Positions 1 through 8,072 of a stretch of DNA of 48,345 nt are shown piece after piece. Under the pieces are notes generated by a model. The model was not told the origin of the DNA. It saw only the letters and a list, made by a program, of their open reading frames with translations, and made no database searches. Origin of the DNA: a virus. Lineage: Duplodnaviria; Caudoviricetes. A program made the position numbers and the translations under genes. The stretch's first letter is position 1, and each line of letters opens with the position of its first letter. The stretch is from the IMG/VR virus record IMGVR_UViG_3300037782_000051, positions 1 through 48,345 of that record; one strand, given 5' to 3'.

Positions 1-8
1 TCCGATCT
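1..8. other. Probable Illumina adapter remnant (TCCGATCT)
   Basis: Equals the 3' end of the TruSeq adapter (...CTCTTCCGATCT). The match to the window end begins exactly at base 9. Confidence 0.75.
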
Positions 9-134
9 CGCATTGGTTAACAGGAGCCTGCAAAACGGCACTATCCGAGTAGGGGATAAAGTGCAAGTTAAAGGCGAGTTGAGACAAACAAAATACGGCT
101 TACAGATTAAAGCAAAATCCATAAGCCGCAAAGC
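9..134 (+). repeat. 126-bp terminal direct repeat, left copy (circular assembly overlap)
   Basis: Identical to 48220-48345. Confidence 0.95.
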
Positions 135-155
135 ATAGATCACGATTTATTTACC

Positions 156-186
156 GCTGCCGGGCTTACCTGTTCGGCAGCTTTTT
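156..186 (+). terminator. Hairpin plus T-tract (putative intrinsic terminator or processing stem)
   Basis: GCTGCCGGGC...GTTCGGCAGC followed by TTTTT. A similar element lies at 1154-1184. Confidence 0.55.
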
Positions 187-198
187 AAAACCTAAATT

Positions 199-510
199 AT
201 GACTGAGCAAATTATCCGGGAGACTACCCGGCTGCGGGCTGAGCTGCAACACGGCAGCGTTGACACCCGCTTTAAATTACCTGCTATACTTAAAGAGCAA
301 GGTATGGAATCACAGCGCAATATTAAAGAATTTACCGGAGTGCCTGTGGAATACCATCAAGTACTTATCATGGCCATCCGGCGCGGGCTGGCTGTGATTG
401 ACAATGAGCTTACTGCCGAGTACAACGCTGATGCACTTGACTATCAGATTGCGGAGGCAGCAGAGCAGGAATTGAACGCTATTGATTACATTAACAACCA
501 AAAACAATAA
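199..510 (+). CDS. Hypothetical protein (103 aa)
   Basis: ATG after A-rich leader; tightly packed with the next gene. Confidence 0.75.
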   Translation: MTEQIIRETTRLRAELQHGSVDTRFKLPAILKEQGMESQRNIKEFTGVPVEYHQVLIMAIRRGLAVIDNELTAEYNADALDYQIAEAAEQELNAIDYINNQKQ

Positions 511-512
511 CA

Positions 513-1130
513 ATGGAAGGTTTCATGTTGAACAACGACCGGCACACCTACCGGCTGCGCTTAGACGCTAAACAAGGGTGCTTAGTATCCAAAATCAAAA
601 ACCCGAACGACGAATGGGTTGAAGATCAGCGCATGAAGGGCGTAAAGGGTATTCTTATCGATGCCTCTGTCAAGTACAACGAGAATGCTGAGAAGCACTA
701 TCTGTACCTGACGTTCAGCCACGAAGGGGAGACGCTGATGGTGTACGCTCCATTCAACAACGCGGTGTTGGACCTTATCAACCGCTTGTCCGGTCCTGTT
801 GACCCATTCGGCCGGGAATGCACGCTGAAGGTCTGGCCCGTGAAGCTCGCTAATGGCACAACAGCCGGCATTGCCCTGTATGCTGAGGATGAGCGTTGTG
901 AATGGAAGTATGATGTCGCTGCAATAGGGAAGGTGCGACAGGCGAGCCGTGACAAGTGGGCTGAGATGTTCACAAAGTTTGTTGCGCCTAAGGTTGAGGC
1001 TTACAAGGCGATTAACCTTGACCCGCTTGCAACGAACCATCAGCAGCCTACTCCTGCGCAGGCGAACGAGTATCAAGACCCGACTTTACCTACACCGACA
1101 AAAGATTACGACGACGACCTGCCGTTCTAA
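513..1130 (+). CDS. Putative ssDNA-binding or recombination protein
   Basis: Beta-rich N-domain, Q/P-rich linker and acidic DYDDDLPF C-terminus typical of SSB tails; early/replication context. Confidence 0.55.
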   Translation: MEGFMLNNDRHTYRLRLDAKQGCLVSKIKNPNDEWVEDQRMKGVKGILIDASVKYNENAEKHYLYLTFSHEGETLMVYAPFNNAVLDLINRLSGPVDPFGRECTLKVWPVKLANGTTAGIALYAEDERCEWKYDVAAIGKVRQASRDKWAEMFTKFVAPKVEAYKAINLDPLATNHQQPTPAQANEYQDPTLPTPTKDYDDDLPF

Positions 1131-1153
1131 TATTTTGAATTGAGTGTCTAACC

Positions 1154-1184
1154 GCTGCCTGGCGCTGTTGTGCCGGGCAGCTTT
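1154..1184 (+). terminator. Hairpin, sister of 156-186
   Basis: GCTGCCTGGC...GCCGGGCAGC-TTT; the CCGCTGCC...GGCAGCTTT frame is shared with 154-186. Confidence 0.5.
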
Positions 1185-1192
1185 AAAAAGCA

Positions 1193-1531
1193 ATGACAAT
1201 GATAATGACAAAACAAGAAATGTACCATGCAGAGATTGCATCACAGTGCAAAGGGCTTATGTGGGGTTACAATAACGCTATAGGCTTTGCGCCTACTGAG
1301 AGGCTAAAAAACATCATCCGAGGCCAAGTAAAAGGGTATGAGCTTGCTTACAAAGCCCTGAATGTAGGCGATACGCTTACTTGGCTGAATAAGCTAGTTG
1401 GTGATTATGCTGTAATGTACGCGGAAGAAACAGAGCCGTCAAAGCGTGACGTAATTGAGGGTAAGCTTGATGCGCTTCGCCATGTGCGCGATGCGATTGT
1501 GGATGATAAACTCTTGTATAATGAAGAATAA
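1193..1531 (+). CDS. Hypothetical protein
   Basis: Helical ORF in operon context; the start may be one of three nearby ATGs. Confidence 0.7.
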   Translation: MTMIMTKQEMYHAEIASQCKGLMWGYNNAIGFAPTERLKNIIRGQVKGYELAYKALNVGDTLTWLNKLVGDYAVMYAEETEPSKRDVIEGKLDALRHVRDAIVDDKLLYNEE

Positions 1532-1724
1532 AGCCCAGCACTACGTCCCCGAATGGGCAAAAGACGAAGGTGTGCGCCTTGTAGTAGCCCGAATTTACGT
1601 AGGCAGCAAACGCACATCAGCCTACGTACCTATGCCACCTAAGCACTGGCCTGATGGTATGCCTGGGGAGGTGTACAGGAGGGTGCAGGAGATGTACCGC
1701 GAAGATGATGCGAAAGAGTTTTGA
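1521..1724 (+). CDS. Hypothetical protein (MKNKAQHYVPEW...)
   Basis: ATG at 1521 overlaps the end of the upstream gene; same frame as track ORF 1455..1724. Confidence 0.6.
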   Translation: MKNKAQHYVPEWAKDEGVRLVVARIYVGSKRTSAYVPMPPKHWPDGMPGEVYRRVQEMYREDDAKEF

Positions 1725-1751
1725 AATGCAAGGCGATTTTTGTATCTTGCA
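1721..1751 (+). promoter_or_regulatory. Bacteroidota-type promoter upstream of the replication operon
   Basis: TTG at 1721 and TATCTTGCA at 1743. Confidence 0.55.
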
Positions 1752-1780
1752 TCCATAATTAGCATGACACATTACATACG

Positions 1781-1878
1781 GTATTTCTTACAGCGGGTAG
1801 GAGCGCAGTAAGAAATGCTAATTCACCCTAACACGGGTACAATTAGCCTGACAGACTCCTACCTGTCGGGCTTTTTTT
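1781..1878 (+). promoter_or_regulatory. Structured leader or attenuator of the replication gene
   Basis: Hairpin 1 (1781-1818) has loop GGTAGGAG. The terminator hairpin (1846-1871, then T7) has loop ACTCCTAC. The two loops are complementary. Confidence 0.65.
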
Positions 1879-1890
1879 ATTTTCTGAACT

Positions 1891-2748
1891 ATGCAAAACC
1901 ATAGAAGTTACTACGCCATACTTACCGCTAACGTCAGGTATGACAAACGAATATCGTTTAGGCAAAAAGTATTGTTTGCCGAGATTACAGCACTTACACA
2001 TGCGAAAGGGCACTGTTTTGCATCTAACAGCTACTTTGCAAAGCTGTATGATGTGAAGCCAGAAACTATAAGCAGGGACATATCAGCGCTAAAAGAAGCA
2101 GGCTACATTACTATATTTATTGACAAGGAAGCAGGCAATAAACGAAGGATATATGCTGCGACAGCTGCTGAACAATCAACACCTATTGACGAAACAATCA
2201 ATAGGGGTGTTGACGAGGAAATCAATAGCCCTATTGATGATACGCGCAAGTATAATAATACAAGTATTAACAATACAAGTGTGAATAGTGAGAACGCACA
2301 CACACACGAAAATTCTCATCCCCTAAAAGACAACCCTAAAACTCCCCCCATTCCGGCGGCACCCCCCTCTTTTGAGGACGTGGATTACATCGAAGTCGCA
2401 AAACAGATGGCTAACTACTTCGAGAATGATGAGCGTGGCAAAACAGAGTGGGAATGGATGTGCAGCACGAAGCGGGTAAAAGTTAAGCCGTTAGCGATTA
2501 CAAGCCAATGGGCTGCGAAACATCAGGATGCGCCGTACATGCTACAGAATTGGCGCAATCACACTGGCAAGCTCATCAATTGGATAAGAGAGCAGAGCGA
2601 CACAGGCAAGCACACAGGCACTAACCAACCTGCAACAACCTACGAAGCCCCCCGGACAGCCCACCGCACAACAAAGCGCAAAAAGATAAGCAAGGAGGAG
2701 CTGGCAGAAATCCAAAAATTAACGCAAAATGCAAAGTTCAGCAAGTAA
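1891..2748 (+). CDS. Phage replication initiator (N-terminal winged HTH, replisome-organizer type)
   Basis: YYAILTANVRYD...LFAEITALT...GHCFASNSYFAKLY...TISRDISALKEAGYI signature; internal iteron-like repeats; lies upstream of DnaB. Confidence 0.85.
   Translation: MQNHRSYYAILTANVRYDKRISFRQKVLFAEITALTHAKGHCFASNSYFAKLYDVKPETISRDISALKEAGYITIFIDKEAGNKRRIYAATAAEQSTPIDETINRGVDEEINSPIDDTRKYNNTSINNTSVNSENAHTHENSHPLKDNPKTPPIPAAPPSFEDVDYIEVAKQMANYFENDERGKTEWEWMCSTKRVKVKPLAITSQWAAKHQDAPYMLQNWRNHTGKLINWIREQSDTGKHTGTNQPATTYEAPRTAHRTTKRKKISKEELAEIQKLTQNAKFSK
2182..2282 (+). repeat. Putative replication origin: ~24-bp-period iterons plus AT-rich repeats
   Basis: CTATTGACGAAACAATCAATAG / GTGTTGACGAGGAAATCAATAG / CTATTGATGATAC, then AATACAAGT twice. 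Confidence 0.65.
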
Positions 2749-3082
2749 CCTGACTGCCCCTATCTACAACCTGATAGCAGGAGGATGGGCGAACGAAAAG
2801 ACTGTAGCCAGGCTCATTAACCTGAACGATTCAAACGCACTGCGCAAATACCTTGATACGTGCAGGGCGAACCGGGACAGAGGGTTGGTAGAAGCTGAGA
2901 TGTCAGAGCATTATGCAGAGCAGGTGCAAATGTGCAAGCGGTGGCTTGACGAGGCTTACACAGCGTCAGGCGAAGACAGGGACACTACCAGGCAGCGCAT
3001 TGGAGATATGAAAACCTTTGTAGATGACTTCGGCTTAACGGATGCTATGCGGCAAGCATGGATAGAAAAATTCAGAGCATGA
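2729..3082 (+). CDS. Hypothetical protein between initiator and helicase
   Basis: Overlaps both neighbours (ATGA coupling with the helicase). Confidence 0.7.
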   Translation: MQSSASNLTAPIYNLIAGGWANEKTVARLINLNDSNALRKYLDTCRANRDRGLVEAEMSEHYAEQVQMCKRWLDEAYTASGEDRDTTRQRIGDMKTFVDDFGLTDAMRQAWIEKFRA

Positions 3083-4440
3083 CAACAACAGAAAGACAAA
3101 AAGCAATCATAGGCACACTTGCTATCAACCCTTCGGCATATATAGAGATTGCAGAGGTTGTAGCGCCTTACATGTTTGAGGAAGGCGCACTGCAAAAGAT
3201 GGCTAACCTGATATGGGAGAGACAGCGCGAAGGCATACAGTACGATGCTGCGACATTAGAAGCTGTCTGCCCGGCTCACGAGCTGCGGCAGATAGTTGAT
3301 AGTGCAACAAGTGCAGCGATTGCAGCGGAGCACGCTGTGCAGGTGCGCAATACTTACTACTACAGAAAGGACGCTGAGTATCAGCAGGCAATGCAGGCAG
3401 CAATATTAGAGGGCACGGATTACTTCAATGCCCGCTCGCAATATCTGTCAAACATCGAGGCCCTGCACATGGGCATGAGCGCAAAGAGCACAAAGGCTGT
3501 TCGCTTGCAGGCAGTACAGGAGCTTGCAACATTAGCCCTACAGCACCCTAACAGCCTGTCAGGCATCCCTACTCCTTACGCGCACCTAAATGAGTTCACC
3601 GGGGGCTGGCAAAAAGGCGATTATCAAATAGTTGGAGCACGGCCGGGGATGGGCAAAACTACATTTTTGGCTGAGTGCGCAATCGCAGCAGTGCAGGCAG
3701 GGCACCCTACAGCATTTTTCAGTATGGGCGACTTGACAACTGAGGCGCTGTACATGAAGCTTGCTTGCTTGCTTGCAGGGCTACGCATGAAAGACGTCCG
3801 CACAGGCAATATTGACAAAGAGCAGTTTGAACAGTTCTTTCACAAAATAGAACTGTTGTACGACTGGCCGATAGAGGTAATTGATTTGAAGGACTGCGAC
3901 AGCCGGATAGGCGCGATTGCAGATAGGATAAGGATAGGCACCGAAAAAGATGGCTGGCAGTTAGCTGTTATTGACTACGTGCAACAGCTTCGCCCTGATG
4001 ACAGCAGGTTAACAGGCAATCAGGCATACGAGCAAATCAGCCAGCAGGTGCAAAAGAGCGCAAAGTCGAATGACATACCGATCTTAGTTGCATCACAACT
4101 GAGCCGAGGCGTTGAGCAGCGGGGAGGCAGCAAACGGCCGAATATGTCTGATCTGCGAAGCTCAGGCGCTTTCGAGCAGGACGCTGATGGGATTTGCTTT
4201 TTGTACCGCCCCGGCTATTACGGCATTGAAGAAGACGAGCACGGGCAAAGCATTAAGTGGCGCACAGAGGTGTTGTTTGAGAAATACCGGATTGCTGGCG
4301 ATGAGGTTCCGGCAGTGTTCAACCTTGAATGGCGCAATCAGCGGCTAAAGCAAGAGATGGACGACGACGACACCTACCCTGCACAACCAACTAATCTAAT
4401 AACCAAGACGGCAAGCCTGGATGAGGATTTGCCGTTTTAA
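3079..4440 (+). CDS. dnaB: DnaB-like replicative helicase
   Basis: Walker A GARPGMGKTT, Walker B VIDYVQ, ASQLSR and DLRSSGAFEQDAD motifs. Confidence 0.93.
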   Translation: MTTTERQKAIIGTLAINPSAYIEIAEVVAPYMFEEGALQKMANLIWERQREGIQYDAATLEAVCPAHELRQIVDSATSAAIAAEHAVQVRNTYYYRKDAEYQQAMQAAILEGTDYFNARSQYLSNIEALHMGMSAKSTKAVRLQAVQELATLALQHPNSLSGIPTPYAHLNEFTGGWQKGDYQIVGARPGMGKTTFLAECAIAAVQAGHPTAFFSMGDLTTEALYMKLACLLAGLRMKDVRTGNIDKEQFEQFFHKIELLYDWPIEVIDLKDCDSRIGAIADRIRIGTEKDGWQLAVIDYVQQLRPDDSRLTGNQAYEQISQQVQKSAKSNDIPILVASQLSRGVEQRGGSKRPNMSDLRSSGAFEQDADGICFLYRPGYYGIEEDEHGQSIKWRTEVLFEKYRIAGDEVPAVFNLEWRNQRLKQEMDDDDTYPAQPTNLITKTASLDEDLPF

Positions 4441-4450
4441 AACAGGAGCA

Positions 4451-4849
4451 ATGACAGAAGCAAAATTAAAAGCATGGCTTGACAACCCTGCAAGCCGCAA
4501 CACCCTCCGGGGTAAAATCGCGCTGTATCTTCAGCAAGCAGGATATGCTACTACGGAGCAGTTAAGCAGCGCAATGGGCAAAAGTATCAATACTACTGCT
4601 GCCCGATTAACAGAGCTTGAAGCGCAAGGGTGCGTAACACCGATGTATAACGTCTCAGGGTACACCCTTTGGCGGTGGGAGTACGATAGCAAACAATGGG
4701 CTGTTAATGCGCAGCGTAGGGCGAACGAAAAAGCGCTTCGCAAGCTTACCGCGCTGCTTGATGTTAATGAGCTGTCAACACAGTTCAAGGCAGCGGTTAG
4801 GCACGAGATTGCATTGCTTGAATATGTGAACCAAAAACAGGAGCAATGA
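4451..4849 (+). CDS. Winged-helix DNA-binding protein
   Basis: TTEQLSSAMGKSINTTAARLTELEAQGCV HTH-like segment. Confidence 0.65.
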   Translation: MTEAKLKAWLDNPASRNTLRGKIALYLQQAGYATTEQLSSAMGKSINTTAARLTELEAQGCVTPMYNVSGYTLWRWEYDSKQWAVNAQRRANEKALRKLTALLDVNELSTQFKAAVRHEIALLEYVNQKQEQ

Positions 4850-5325
4850 CAGTAATCGGCATAGACCCAGCGTTCAGAAAATCGGGCTTCGCTATCTGTA
4901 TCATCGATGAGGATGGCGAAGCACAAGGCAGGATGTTCAAAAGCTTTTTGGACTTTTTGCGGTGGCTGACAGCGCCAGGTGAAGCTCCCGAACGCGCAAT
5001 AGTAGGCATTGAAAACAGTAACCTGCAAAACGTCACCTTCGACATGAAAGGCACAAAAGGTATGGTAGCCAAAATCAGCCGAAACGTAGGCGCTAATCAG
5101 GCAGCAAGCCAGTACACGGTTGACGCCTGCAAATGGCACTACGGCGATAAGTACGTCTTTGAGGTAAGCCCTAAGGAGAAAGGCGCTAAATGGACACAAG
5201 CGATGTTCAGGGCTGTTGCAAAATCGAATAAGCACACTATCGTTGGTAGGTTCAATCAGGACCAGAGAGACGCTTATCAAATAGCAATTGCAGCAAAGAA
5301 GCTTGCAAAACTTGCTAGATTGTAA
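4846..5325 (+). CDS. RuvC-like Holliday junction resolvase
   Basis: N-terminal VIGIDP, central VGIE and C-terminal DQRDAYQIA acidic motifs. Confidence 0.75.
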   Translation: MTVIGIDPAFRKSGFAICIIDEDGEAQGRMFKSFLDFLRWLTAPGEAPERAIVGIENSNLQNVTFDMKGTKGMVAKISRNVGANQAASQYTVDACKWHYGDKYVFEVSPKEKGAKWTQAMFRAVAKSNKHTIVGRFNQDQRDAYQIAIAAKKLAKLARL

Positions 5326-5343
5326 AATTATAATTACATTGCA
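5311..5343 (+). promoter_or_regulatory. Promoter CTTG-N20-TACATTGCA upstream of the operon containing the cassette array
   Basis: Same motifs and spacing as 10892-10924 and 32051-32083. Confidence 0.65.
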
Positions 5344-5376
5344 TCGTATTAATTAACAACCAAAACAACAATAACA

Positions 5377-5637
5377 ATGAGCATGAACAAATTCAACGAC
5401 CTGAACGAGTGGGAGGACGACTACTACTCCCGCAAGCACCAAAGCCGGACCGTAACAGCCGGTTACCTAGTCTGGCTAATCGGAGCCGTTGCGATTTTAG
5501 CAGCGCTCAGCCTGCTATTTTCGTGCAGCCGGACAACATACCCAACACAGCAGCCTGATCGCGTTGCGTGCGATACGCTTATTGACAGGGCTACAGGCGA
5601 GCGCATACCTGTATATAACTGCGAAACGACATGGTAA
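5377..5637 (+). CDS. Small membrane protein or lipoprotein
   Basis: Hydrophobic stretch ending LLFSC (lipobox-like). Confidence 0.65.
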   Translation: MSMNKFNDLNEWEDDYYSRKHQSRTVTAGYLVWLIGAVAILAALSLLFSCSRTTYPTQQPDRVACDTLIDRATGERIPVYNCETTW

Positions 5638-5711
5638 GAAGCAACCTATCCGCCGCCACAGAAGTACTAATCTGGCTGCTAATCGTAGCCACAATTTACG
5701 CTCTATGGTAG
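5631..5711 (+). CDS. Putative 26-aa membrane peptide (MVRSNLSAATEVLIWLLIVATIYALW)
   Basis: Manual translation; overlaps both neighbours by 7 nt. Confidence 0.4.
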   Translation: MVRSNLSAATEVLIWLLIVATIYALW

Positions 5712-5911
5712 CGCTGCACATCACAGATATACAGACCGAACCAGGCACCGAAATTGTAAAGGGCAGCGAAGCAACTCGCGCCACCTGCTTTTTCGTTGCT
5801 TGGTATTCGGAGAGCAAAAAGACATTATACTTTAACTGCTCGGACCCTAAAAAGCTGCTTCCACCTGATGTGGAGCGCATAGGGTTTAGGAAAACAAAAC
5901 GCAAAAAATGA
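5705..5911 (+). CDS. Hypothetical protein
   Basis: ATG at 5705 within track ORF 5564..5911; ATGA overlap with the next ORF. Confidence 0.55.
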   Translation: MVALHITDIQTEPGTEIVKGSEATRATCFFVAWYSESKKTLYFNCSDPKKLLPPDVERIGFRKTKRKK

Positions 5912-6087
5912 AAGACGAAAAATTTGAAATTCGCCATTTGCGCATGGAGATAAAACGCGAAACAGCCTGCGCTCAGCAAGCGGAGGATTGCGGCAAACAT
6001 GAGCTTGCTAAAGCCTATCGGCAGGGGCTGAAGGGTAAGAAAAAGAGGTTGAAGGAATTGGAGGTTAGACGGGGAGGTTGTGTGTAG
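5908..6087 (+). CDS. 59-aa basic hypothetical protein whose stop lies in the first attC-like half-site
   Basis: Manual translation MKDEKFEIRHLRMEIKRE...KELEVRRGGCV*. Confidence 0.6.
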   Translation: MKDEKFEIRHLRMEIKRETACAQQAEDCGKHELAKAYRQGLKGKKKRLKELEVRRGGCV

Positions 6088-6096
6088 CTGTAGTTA
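6073..6096 (+). repeat. Truncated attC-like site (right arm only)
   Basis: GGAGGTTGTGTGTAGCTGTAGTTA is 23/24 identical to 9469-9492. No left arm is present upstream. Confidence 0.8.
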
Positions 6097-6228
6097 TACC
6101 TAGCGAAACCAATAAATGTTCCGGCTGCTGGAGGATGCGGAAGCAGCTAGAGAAACCAATATCGGGCATCCACATTTATTCATCATCGCCTATTCCTTTT
6201 GGCATGGGGCGCTAAAATCTTATTTAAA

Positions 6229-6438
6229 ATGGAAACGACTTACATCATAATCAACCCAAAAACCAATTCTTACTTTGAGGGTTTTTTTGCTGGAAATACC
6301 AACCAGATTACATGGACAGATGATTATTCTGAAGCTGTACATTATTCCTCTGTAGAAGAAATAGAGAACGCAAACTTCTATGTAAAGGGAGATATTCATA
6401 AAGTTGAACATAAAATTAGCGCCCTAGCTAGGGTATAA
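6229..6438 (+). CDS. Cassette 1 cargo (cassette 6093-6439), hypothetical 69 aa
   Basis: ATG after TTTAAA; the stop TAA lies within the TAAC core. Confidence 0.75.
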   Translation: METTYIIINPKTNSYFEGFFAGNTNQITWTDDYSEAVHYSSVEEIENANFYVKGDIHKVEHKISALARV

Positions 6439-6495
6439 CGTACAAGTACTGGCGCTGTGCCGACTGTAAGGAGGTATAGGCGCTAGTACGTTGGT
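6437..6495 (+). repeat. attC-like hairpin 1 (AAC...GGT)
   Basis: GTACTGGCGC/GCGCTAGTAC stem with apical CCGACTGTAAGGAGG. Confidence 0.8.
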
Positions 6496-6625
6496 GTACG
6501 ACGGCTACCAATAGATAGTCGGCTGAGCGACAGTAGGAGCCAGCTAAAGAAACTCTACTCAGGCATCATCTTGTATCAATAGAATTTATTTCAAAGGGCA
6601 GTGCGCCCTTAAAACTATAATTACA

Positions 6626-6874
6626 ATGAATCCTTTTCAACCCTTTAATTACCCTAATCAAAACGACCAATTAAGAAAGAATCAACATCAACAACCCAGA
6701 ACTAAATTTAAGGACATTCAGGTAGGGGACGTCTTTAAACTAGAATGGTCTGGAGGATATACTTTATTTGAAAAAAAATCTAAATCCACGGCAATTGTAT
6801 TAGAATCAGAAATCAAATCTCCTGTTTTTGAGGTTGGAGATATTGAAAATTTCAATCCTAATTCACTTATTTAG
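6626..6874 (+). CDS. Cassette 2 cargo (cassette 6493-6893), hypothetical 82 aa
   Basis: ATG 133 nt after the GGT core; the TAG abuts the inner repeat GGCGCAC. Confidence 0.75.
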   Translation: MNPFQPFNYPNQNDQLRKNQHQQPRTKFKDIQVGDVFKLEWSGGYTLFEKKSKSTAIVLESEIKSPVFEVGDIENFNPNSLI

Positions 6875-6890
6875 GCGCACGCTGTCGTAC

Positions 6891-6954
6891 ACCGTACAGG
6901 GCTACACGCCGTGCTGCTGGGGACTCGGTTGGGGCATGGTGTGTAGCTGTAGTT
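6891..6954 (+). repeat. attC-like hairpin 2 (ACC...GTT)
   Basis: GCTACACGCCGTGC/GCATGGTGTGTAGC stem. Confidence 0.85.
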
Positions 6955-7083
6955 ATGCACCGGCTTAATTCTAATCATACGGCCCTGCGACAATAGGAGC
7001 TGGGCTTAAGAAATTATAATCGGGCAATATTGCCTTTCATTTCAAGGCTCATTCTTCGGGTGCGCCGCTTAAATCAAATTAAA

Positions 7084-7371
7084 ATGACAACATTAGAGCA
7101 AGTTAAAACAGTGCCTATCAATATTTTGCTTGAAAAAGTATGGCCCTGTGGTTTATGCTTAATGCGAGATTGTATGTGGATTGCTTTCTGGGAAAATGAA
7201 GATGAAGAAACGGCCTATACTCAAGATTCAGATTCTTTTGAAGATTTTATTTACAGGGTGATTGCAGATCAAATTGAAAACGGAGATGTTGACCATGAAG
7301 GTTTTAATCACATATCAATTGACTTTGCTATAGCATCAGTTGAGTACAATGAAGCGGCGGCTGGTGCATAA
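7084..7371 (+). CDS. Cassette 3 cargo (cassette 6952-7372), acidic hypothetical 95 aa
   Basis: ATG at 7084 after an A-rich stretch; the stop lies in the TAAC core. Confidence 0.75.
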   Translation: MTTLEQVKTVPINILLEKVWPCGLCLMRDCMWIAFWENEDEETAYTQDSDSFEDFIYRVIADQIENGDVDHEGFNHISIDFAIASVEYNEAAAGA

Positions 7372-7435
7372 CGTGCAGAGCTACCCGCCGTACAGCTTAG
7401 GCCGAGCGTTGGCGTATGGCGGGTAGCGTGTAGTT
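7370..7435 (+). repeat. attC-like hairpin 3 (AAC...GTT)
   Basis: GCTACCCGCCGTAC/GTATGGCGGGTAGC stem. Confidence 0.85.
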
Positions 7436-7567
7436 ATACCTAGCGAAACCAATAAATGTTCCGGCTGCTGGAGGATGCGGAAGCAGCTAGAGAAACCAAT
7501 ACCGGGCATCCATATTTATTCATCATTGCTTAATCCTTTTGGCAGGTGCGGCATAAATTAATCAGAA

Positions 7568-7876
7568 ATGAAATACCCTGAATCAATAATCAAAAAGCTA
7601 GTAATTGCATTTATTGTCATTCTTATATTCAATGCAATTATTTTTTACAGAATGGGGTATCACCAATCAAAGGTTGACATCGCCCACGAATACCCAATCT
7701 TCAATTTGAAAAATGAAGTCTTCAACGATGTTGAGTTTGAAGATGGAATGATATACTTTATGGGCGGTGTCAGCCATAATCACACAGTATACACCTATGA
7801 ATCTGATACATTAATTTTCTTATTCACATATCACCCAATGTCTGGTGTTTTTCTTGAAAAAGAATTGCCGCACTAG
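7568..7876 (+). CDS. Cassette 4 cargo (cassette 7433-7888), N-terminal membrane-anchored protein
   Basis: KKLVIAFIVILIFNAIIFY hydrophobic segment; leader nearly identical to cassette 1. Confidence 0.75.
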   Translation: MKYPESIIKKLVIAFIVILIFNAIIFYRMGYHQSKVDIAHEYPIFNLKNEVFNDVEFEDGMIYFMGGVSHNHTVYTYESDTLIFLFTYHPMSGVFLEKELPH

Positions 7877-7885
7877 CTAGGGTAT

Positions 7886-7942
7886 AACGGACGAGTACTG
7901 GCGCAGGCCTGAGGTACGAAGGCTTGGCGCTAGTATGTTGGT
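7886..7942 (+). repeat. attC-like hairpin 4 (AAC...GGT)
   Basis: GTACTGGCGC/GCGCTAGTAT stem with apical CCTGAGGTACGAAGG; same family as hairpin 1. Confidence 0.82.
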
Positions 7943-8072
7943 GTGTGCAGTTAAACCCTTAATCATAGGGTGAGCGACAGTAGGAGCGAACAAGAACAAA
8001 CCCACAACGGGTATCACAATAATTCTTTCACAGTCTAATCCTCCGGGAGCGGGCGCTTAAAACTTAATTACG

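Noticed and set aside
9-134. Biological direct terminal repeat of the virion DNA
   Set aside because: It falls mid-ORF, its length is typical of an assembler overlap, and it abuts an adapter-like remnant.
4531-5280. 249-aa minus-strand ORF and many other antisense or overlapping ORFs in the track (e.g. 582..1076, 13508..13939, 23065..23550)
   Set aside because: They are shadows of well-supported genes on the opposite strand, with no motifs or leaders.
7907-7925. Hammerhead ribozyme suggested by CTGAGG...CGAA (also 10711-10723)
   Set aside because: There is no CUGAnGA/GAAA core with three stems. It is better explained as a tandem G-A mini-hairpin.
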